Positions 55,496 to 64,000 of a stretch of DNA of 64,000 nucleotides are shown one piece after another. A model generated the notes under the pieces. It was not told the DNA's origin. It was given only the letters and a program-made list of their open reading frames with translations, and ran no database searches. Numbering within the stretch: position 1 is the stretch's first letter; the number at the start of each line of letters is the position of its first letter. The translations under genes were made by a program, and so were the position numbers. Origin of the DNA: Octopus vulgaris (taxonomy: Eukaryota); the NCBI GenBank assembly GCA_951406725.2, contig OX597815.1, positions 120,714,001 through 120,778,000 on the forward strand, read 5' to 3'.

Positions 55496-56321
55496 GTAAG
55501 TGTTCTTCTAATATTTTTGTTACTTTCTATGAAGAATAAGTGGAAACAGTTTTCAAACAATGATGTTGTTATGTGAAAAGCATTTTTCTTATATCTCTGG
55601 GGAAACAACAAATTCACTTATATGAAGATGACACTCAGTTGCAACCTTCAAGTGATGACTAGATACAAACACTTACATGCATACATCATACATATGTACT
55701 TACGTATGTACATACATACATACATACATGCTACATACATACAAATATAACAGGTTTCTTTTGGACGCCATCTACCAAGTCCACTTGCAAGGGTTTTGTT
55801 AACCAGAATATATTGTCATAGAAAACACTTGGCCAAGATGCTGTGCAATGGGACTGTGATTGAATCCAAAACCACATAGTTTGGAATCAAGCTTCTTAAC
55901 CATAGGTTGATGGATGGATGGACAGACAAAGAGACAAATAGATGGATGGATGGATGGTTGTGCATTATTATTATGACCGTTTTTTATTCTTTTTGCTGTA
56001 TCTGTAAACATTGCTGAAAAAAACAAAAAAAATTACATATTTTTGAATGATGTTCCTTACAATTTTTGTCCAGCATCGAGTTACAAACACTCCCTTATCA
56101 CTCTCACTGTCAGAAATACAGTGAACTAGTGATAGACTCATTAAAAACAAAAAACACATGTACCAAATGATACTTTGTTCAACAATTTCAAAATAAATTA
56201 ATAAAATAAATAATTAATGAAGACACATGTTTGAATTAAACATTTTCTCTACATGTGTATACCATACAAAATAATCTGATTCATCCTACTTCATAATATT
56301 TTCCTTCTTTTGTTTTACTAG

Positions 56322-56500
56322 TACCAGATGTGGCGCAGGTCAAGTCATGGCCTATACAAGATGTTAATGGATGGATATATCTTTGGTATCATGCTGAAGG
56401 CTTGGAACCAACATGGGTTATTCCCGAAATTGAAGACATAGTCAAAGGCAACTGGACCTACAAAGGACGCACAGAGCATCATGTTAATGCCCATATTGAG
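56322..56500 (+). CDS. nvd: Neverland-like cholesterol 7-desaturase, internal exon (phase 1-0)
   Basis: ttttactag acceptor and GAG|gtatat donor. The 179 nt are in phase with the previous exon. Translates (I)PDVAQVKSWPIQDVNGWIYLWYHAEGLEPTWVIPEIEDIVKGNWTYKGRTEHHVNAHIE, matching the Nvd WYHAE...EPxW and GRTEH...HIE motifs. Confidence 0.93.
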
Positions 56501-56966
56501 GTATATTTTCCAGATATTTATATAGTTTAAATTTAATTTTTCAGTTTTATATTAAATGTTTTACAATAGTAGTAGGTGCGACAATGGTGGTATTTGTTTT
56601 GAAACCTCATGGTTTCCGGTTCAGTCCCACTGCATGGTACCTTTGACAAGGATCTTTTTTACTACTCTAGGCAGAAGGCCCGAAATTTTGGAGGAGGGGG
56701 AACAGTCAATTAGATTGACCCCAGCATGCAATTGGTACTTAATTTATCAATCCCAAAAAGATGAAAGGCAAAGTTGACCTAGGTGGAATTTGAACTCAAG
56801 ATGTAAACACAGACAAACTATCGCTAGGCATTTCACCTGGTGTGCTAATGATTCTGCCAGCTTGCCACCTTTGGCTAGAATCTTCTACCATAGCCCCAGG
56901 CTGACCAATGCTTTATGAGGAAATTTGACTAAGGAAACTATGCAGAAGCCCATCATATTGTGTATG

Positions 56967-57035
<69 letters not shown>

Positions 57036-58790
57036 ACGTGTGTTTGAGTGTGTGTGTGTTGGGTGTATCTATAGTTGCTGATTGTCTTGTCTCTGCATAT
57101 TTTGTATTTACATGACACCATTTGACAAATGGTGTTTGTTTCTTTACATCCCTATACCTCAGCAATTTTGTAAGAATAGAGACCAGTTGAATTAGTTCTA
57201 TATTTTAAAAAGAAAAGTTCTGTGGTCAATTTCATCAACTAAATCCTTTGAAGTGGTGCCAGAGCAAGGCCACAGTTTAAAGAGCAAAAACCAGTAAAAG
57301 TGTAAAAAAAATAATATAAAATATTTCAAGCAATATTCCAACCTTTTCTGGTTGATCTTACCTGAAATACATATATTATTTATTGTCCCTCGGTAGATAC
57401 AGGTATGACAGTATGTTTAAGAAGTTCTTTTCTCAATAATGTGGTTTTGAGTTCAAACCTATTGTGCAGTAGTTTGTACATGTGTCTTCTACTTTAGCCA
57501 TAGGCCAACTAATGTCTAGTGAGAGGATTTGGAAGATAAAAGTCAAAAGACACCTGTTTTGTGCATGTGTGTGTGTATTAAAATGTTTATAATTTCTGAT
57601 GAGCTATGCTACAAATGATCATGTTGTTTGTAGCTTAGCTGCAAGTAGTGGCATCCTCATTTGTGATCAAGTTTGAGCTGCATCAGTAGATATCAATAAA
57701 TATCTCACTGTTCCTGTACTTTTGAACTCTTCTGGAATTAAAATTCCTATTCTTGAAAAACAGGAAAGGGTTGGCAACAGGAAGAACATCATACTATAAT
57801 GATCTTGCCTCAAATACTTCTCAGTCAAACCTTGCTAAGCACAGGAAAAGACCTTCCCCAAATCATATAACCTGTTAGGGCCATTTTCCCAATTTCTGTG
57901 TCTCATATATTCCCTCCTGGATGGGACTCCAGTCCATTGCAGGAGTACTCATTTTTGCCATCTGAGTGTACTGGAGCAACATGATTATGAGGGTACTGGA
58001 GCAACCTTATGATTATGAGTTCAACACCTTAAACACCAAGCCATGTGCCTCTACACATGGGAAAACAGGCATTAATTGAATAAATTATAATAAATTATTT
58101 CATTTACCTTTGCTTTTCATCTTTCTCCAATTCTCTGTACACTTTGAATTTATTTTAGCTTTGTTTTGGTTACAGACAGTTTAGTAATTTTATGCTATCT
58201 TTTGTCATGTATCATACACTTTTAGAGCACAATGATGGCTCTACAGTAAGTCTTCCCTGTTAAGTGAAGGTACACCCATTTAGTGGAGCCATAGTATTAT
58301 TTCATTCTGACTTTCTCTTTGTGTTTGAGACATTAGGACAGTTTGCCATTGCCTTCCACAACTAGATGGCCATTGGCCCACAAGGAGCTTGTCTGCCCTT
58401 TGACAAGTCTTGCATTTAGTCCTGCTGGTTGGCTAGACACCTTTTTCATAAGAATAGCAAGCTACTCAAATGGGGGAGCTGGTTTAGTCACCAACAATCC
58501 AACCATGGAACAGGATGTACTGGTTTCCATAGTACAAGTAGCAGGTCTCTTCAGCGTATGATGAGATCATTGACCTCACTATAAGTATTATGAAGTAATA
58601 GTAGTAGTAACAGCAGTAGCAGTGGCGGCAGTGGTGGCGGCGGTAGGGACGGTGATATCTCAGTTTGGATATATGATACCAGTCGAACTGATAACATCTA
58701 ACAAATGTCTTAACCAATGTGGTTCATTGCACAATAGCATGGAATTCCTTCCACGGCAACAAAGTCAAAATAGGTTTGAAATATCAGTAA

Positions 58791-59211
58791 TCTCTCTATA
58801 TATAAATGGCAGTTTGTCTGTCTGTGTGTCTGTCAGGTTGTACCCTCACCCTGACCATGGCTTTCAACCGATTCTGATGAAACTTGACACACATATAGCC
58901 CAATGTCATAATTCAAAACTAACGCAGTGAAAATTTTGAGAAGTTCCCCCAGTTCTGAAAAAAATCGATAAATTCGACATGGGGTCGAGAATCTAAGCTT
59001 TTTATATGCAACATATTTTCTGTCTAGGGGACACAACTCGACAGCTAGGGACAGCTAGGAACATCGTATACACAGAAGTATTCGCGTGAAGAGAAGACAT
59101 TGCAACCTACACATGCGCCTTCGTTCCCTAGAGGGAAAGGAATAGATTGGGATTAGTCGTTGCCTACTAGGAGCTCTTACATACCCAGGCAACGCCAGGC
59201 TATGCTGCTAG
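58791..59211 (+). mobile_element. Non-autonomous Helitron in an nvd intron
   Basis: Begins A|TC(TCTCTATATATAAA) and has a (TGTC)n tract near the 5' end. A GC-rich subterminal cccaggcaacgccaggc precedes the CTAG|T end. No TSD; inserted at an AT dinucleotide. Confidence 0.8.
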
Positions 59212-60176
59212 TTGTATTTAAATGGAAAACCATTTCTTATGATCTTTTATCTGACACTTATGAGTTTATTGACAAATCTATAAATAAACAACATATTGTA
59301 ACCTTGTTTTTAGAGTTATGTGTTTTGGCAGTGTGACATTATTAAGTCCAGTAAACACACTCATTGTTTATTGTTTGTCTATATTCTTATATTTTTCTCC
59401 AAAACAGTGTTTCTTCATCATCACCATTACCATCATTTAACATTTGTTTTCCATCCTGACATGGGTTGGATGGTTTGACTTGGGCTGGCTTCATTGTTTT
59501 TTCTGGCATGGTTCCTAACACCAACCACCCTGCAGAGTGTACTGGGTGCTTTTTATGCAGCACCAGCACCAGTACTTTTAATATGGCACCAGCACAATAT
59601 AAAATGGCTAGCAAACCACAGGGAATCAAACCCTGAACCCCTCAAATTCCAGTGAGTGTTCTGTACCATTAAGCTAAGAGACTCTGGACAGCTTCATTTA
59701 TTAATAAAATAAACCTACTTTTTTGTTGCAGTAATTCTTTTGTATTTAGGTGTGGCTGCTGTGTGGTTAAAATGTTTGTTTCCCATTCACATGATTCTGG
59801 ATTCAGTTCCACTGTATGATGTCTTGGACAAGTGTACCTTCTACTGTAGCCCTAGGTCAGCCAAAGCCTTGTGGGTAGATTTGATAAATAGAATTATAAG
59901 AAGCTCATTGTGTGTGTGTGTGTTTCTTTGTCTTGACATTGTATGATAGTTATAAATGAGATTCACCATCATACAAGCAGTGTCATTCATTTCCAATATT
60001 CTGCAAAACCATGTCTGGACAGGAGAAAATAAACTCCATCCAACCAATGCAAGATGGAAAAGGGGAAGTTAAAATGATGATGATGGTAATTTGATTTTTT
60101 ACAATATTTCCATGTAAATATTTTACTTTTATATATATTAATAGAATTTTTTTCTTTTTTTAATGTCTAATTAAAG

Positions 60177-60422
60177 GAAATCCCTTTGAATGGTGCCGAT
60201 GTGATTCATTTGAACCAAGTCCATGGACCAGGTCTTGTAGCTGGTGTAGATCTAAGACACATGTATGCAAGATTCTGGGAATTCATAAAACATATTTGGA
60301 CTGCAACATGGGAACCCTATCCACCACCTGATGGTCATCTTGCTTCCATAACATTAAAACATTGTTTAAATCTGTGCGGAGTTCCATTTAAAATGCTCAA
60401 TTTAGATGTATTTGCCAGACAG
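60177..60422 (+). CDS. nvd: Neverland-like cholesterol 7-desaturase, mononuclear-iron motif exon (phase 0-0)
   Basis: taaag acceptor after a T-rich tract and CAG|gtaaga donor. 246 nt = 82 codons, EIPLNGADVIHLNQVHGPG...LDVFARQ, with the D-x2-H-x4-H motif. It continues the HIE of the previous exon in frame. Confidence 0.92.
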
Positions 60423-61329
60423 GTAAGATTTGTATATGATTATGTTTCAAAATCCATTTTATAGCTTTTGGGAAATTAACCATTGTCAACTTCCGTGTTG
60501 GTCTAAAATTTAAAAAAACAAATTTTGTATTATGCAGATTTGGGGTGTTGCATATAACAATTATAATAATTAATTAGGTGTTTTTGCTTTAATCATCAAA
60601 ATAATATTTCTGACTGTATGGAAAGCCAATGTATATAAACAACATATGCTGGATTTGTGGGAAGGCACATGGCTTAGTGGTTAGGGAGTTGCTCTCACAA
60701 TCTCTAGGTCATGGGTTTATTTCTCAAACTGGGCAGCGTATTGTGTCCTTGAGCAAAACACTTCATTTCACATTGCTCCAGTCCACTCAACTGTAAGTGG
60801 GTAACCCAGCAATGGCCTAGCCTTCCAATCAGGGAGAATGTTGGCTTGCTCACCTAACCAATAGTGCAGCATCATTCAAAAGTTATGACAATGCAAAGCA
60901 CATTGTGACCAGTGATTTGTAACAATATCCAACAGTCTTGTCGATCATGTGATCACATAATACTGGATTTAGTTTCAGATATAAGTGATTGTTTTAATGC
61001 AAAGTCATATCTTGAGATCATTCTTAGATTTATTTTTGTTATTTATATTATAATTTCTAAAGAATCCTTTGGGTATTTTTTATTCACAAAAACCGTTCCT
61101 CTTATTCCTAATGGACAGCAGAGTCAGTTTAAATGTGTTCCTAGTTTCTAGTTCACTTCTTGAAGTTCTAAGTTCTAATTTCCTTGGTGTAGATTAGCCT
61201 TTCATCACTTTAAGATCAGTTAAATAAATACGTGATGTCTGGCTAGCCAGTCCCTGTCAAAGCGTCCAACCTATGCCAGCATGGAAAACAGACGTTAAAT
61301 GATGATGATGATATTTAAAAGTCGCATAG

Positions 61330-62248
61330 TCAGTCAAGGAAACCTCTGATGTTACACTCTTACAGAAAGAGGCCATCTATACATGGGCTGAGGATAACAA
61401 CATGCAATTTAATGCAAATAAATTCCAGGCCTTCTGCTACCGGTTAAGCACTGCTTAGGAATCACAACATCAGTACCTTGGACCAAGTGGAGCAACGATC
61501 CCAGAATAAAATACAGTGCGTGAACTTGGAATAGAAATGAGCAACAATGCCTCATTTCACACACATATCAAAATGGTAGCAGTATCCAGAAGACTGGCCG
61601 GTTGGATTCTGAGAACCTTCTGGACAAGAAACCAAGAATCTATGATGACACTATGGAAGTCACTTATCCTCAGCCAACTGGACTACTGCTCTCAGCAATG
61701 GTCACAGAGCTTGAGGCAGTCCAACGACATTACACAAAGAAAATTGCATCAATGGAACGACTGAGCTACTGGGACAGATTGAAAGAGCTATGACTCTATT
61801 CCCTGGAATGGAGGCGAGAGAGGTATACAGTGAAATATATATATGGAAGATACTGGAAGGACTGGTACCAAACTTTGGAATAAAGAGCTATACCAGACCA
61901 CAAACAGGACGTCACTGTGCTGTCCCCACTGTGCTGACTGCTTCATCTCAGGCAAGGACGATGTACTGCAGTAGCTTGAGTTTCAAGGGCCTACAGCTGT
62001 TTAACTGTCTGAGGAGCCTCCATGGAGTGGATGTAGATGCTTTCAAACATGAACTTGACCTCTGGCTTGCCAAGATCCCAGATGAGCCAATATCTAAGCA
62101 AGAAACTCAAAAGAGGGCAGTAGCATCGAACTCCATCCTTCACCAAAAGCCGCTCCGACAAAGCTGGAAAATTGAGAAATGATCGCAATGGTGGTGCTCT
62201 AGCATGGCCACAGTCATTGGACTGAAACATATAAAAGAATAAAAGAAT
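61330..62248 (+). mobile_element. 5'-truncated CR1-group LINE (RT C-terminus and short 3' tail) in an nvd intron
   Basis: IYTWAEDNNMQFNANKFQ, VRELGI, GWILRTF, LWKSLILSQLDYCSQQW, LEAVQR.YTK, LSYWDRLKEL, IYIWKILEGLVPN, with frameshifts. Stop at 62180-62182 is followed by a ~60-nt tail ending (AAAAGAAT)2. Confidence 0.88.
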
Positions 62249-62536
62249 ATATATATATACACACATATATATAGTAGAATAAGAAACAGAAAATCCTTGA
62301 TACAGTAGTATACATTTGAAAAACGAATAGAAATGGCTTTTCTGATAATTTTTCCACTTTAATCATTGGATGTTTATAAGTATACACCTTTTGTAAACTT
62401 ATAAAAACCATTTCTAATCATTTTTTCAAATATAGAGATATGACAGAAGTAAATTGACACCCTTATAATCATTAAAATTTATTAAAATTTGAATTTATGC
62501 ATTCAAATTATTTATTAGTTGTTATAATGTGAATAT

Positions 62537-63517
62537 TTAATATCTAGTAGACATGCCCTTTGCATTTTTTAATGCAAAGACCTTATTGGACATGTTACTG
62601 ATCAGATGACATATATTCCCTTACAGAATTTCTTGCCAAGTTTCATGTAGTAATCTCAGAAGATCTGGCTTTGAAGATGCTTTCTTGTTCTTTTTATGAA
62701 GTGCCCTGCCCATCATATCCCAGAGGTGTTCAATAGGGTTCATATCTGGGGACTGGCTTGGCCATGAAAGCTTTTTAATGCTATCCTCATCCAACAAATC
62801 TTAGGTCATTTTAGCCGTGTGACAAGGAGCCTCATCTTCCATCAATAAAGAGTTTTCTTTAATCATTTCACCACTGGAGAAGATTGGAAGGAGTTCTTTC
62901 TTCACACTCCACTAGCTCTGATCAACCATTGCTCCAAATTGCTCCCCATACCATCACAGTATAGCTGCCATGTTTCATTGTTGGCTGCAATCTTATCACT
63001 TCAAATTTTTTATCACAGTCTCCAGACCCACACTCGACCACTATCAGGAAATACAGCAAATCTGGACTCATCAGAAAATATGACAGTGTCCCAAAATGCT
63101 AGTGGCCTCTCTACCATCTCACTGGCCCAACCTTTTCTCCGTTTGAAGTCGGCAAGTCGAAGAAGTGGCTTCCTTCTCGCTACTCTGCCATAGTTGCCAA
63201 GTTTGTGGAGATACCTGACAGCTGTTCTGGGACTGACATCAACTTGTTCTGCTATATCAGAGGCCTAGCAATGAGGATTATCCTCCATACTTCTCTTAAC
63301 AAAGAGAAGGGTCCTCTCAGAAGGCCCTGGTTGATCTGGATGAGGTGATGTGGACTCTTTCCCCTCTCTGGTGAATTGCACAATCACTCTATCAACTGTA
63401 AAAAGCAGGATCCCAAGGTTTACTGCGACTTTACTCTGACTATATCCACCTTCAGAATGATCCACAATACGGCCTGTTTGAAATTCAGACAGTTCGAGGT
63501 TTTTTTTTTTATGGCAT
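62537..63517 (-). pseudogene. Tc1-family (DD34E) transposase remnant
   Basis: N-terminal [11 protein letters not shown]...[49 protein letters not shown] and C-terminal NAKGMSTRY*. There are 34 residues between the second D and E. Contains stops, frameshifts and internal deletion. Confidence 0.9.
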
Positions 63518-63702
63518 GATTAAACAGTCACATATAGAACCTGAAACATAAAAGTGTCAATTAATAAAAAATATAAACCTTTACAATATGGCGGTGCCCC
63601 TGCATGGCCACAGCTTGTGACCTGAAATGAGATGAAATAAAGAAAAAAAGAAGTTAGAATAAGCAAAACAATGTTTTATGGGGAGCTTATTTACTTCTGC
63701 CA

Positions 63703-63759
<57 letters not shown>

Positions 63760-64000
63760 GTGTGTGTATATATCGATATCTATATCTATCTGTCTATCTA
63801 TCTATCATCATCATCATTTAATATCTAATCCATGCTATTATAAAATAATATATATGAAATGAATAATATATACTAATAATATTTTGGATCAATTCAATAT
63901 ACTTCACTTCCTAACAGAAAATAAAAAATTGATTTGTTGCCAAAGGTACAGGAGTGGCTGTGTGGCAAGTTGCTTGCTTACCAGCCACATGGTTCCGAGT

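Overview
This is AT-rich animal genomic DNA saturated with microsatellites. The repeat content (tRNA-derived and CORE-type SINEs, RTE LINEs with (GAT)n tails, dense (TA)n/(CA)n/(TACA)n tracts) points to a coleoid cephalopod, most likely Octopus (inference). The only host gene I can support is a + strand Neverland/DAF-36-type Rieske cholesterol 7-desaturase. Three consecutive phase-compatible exons are visible (55307-55495, 56322-56500, 60177-60422). I could not find its N-terminal exon(s) upstream, and its C-terminal exons presumably lie beyond the window end. The Rieske cluster motif is intact, but the mononuclear-iron motif has an unusual Glu-to-Leu change. The rest of the window is nested transposon debris: a young 5'-truncated RTE with an open RT frame, older RTE, BovB-like and CR1-group LINEs, R4/Dong-like RLE retrotransposon ends in microsatellites, Penelope-like fragments with degenerate hammerhead-like motifs, Tc1/mariner remnants, MITEs, foldback palindromes, a non-autonomous Helitron and three SINE families. 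One SINE family shares its 3' tail with a CR1-group LINE in the window. Most ORFs in the supplied track are microsatellite or repeat artefacts.
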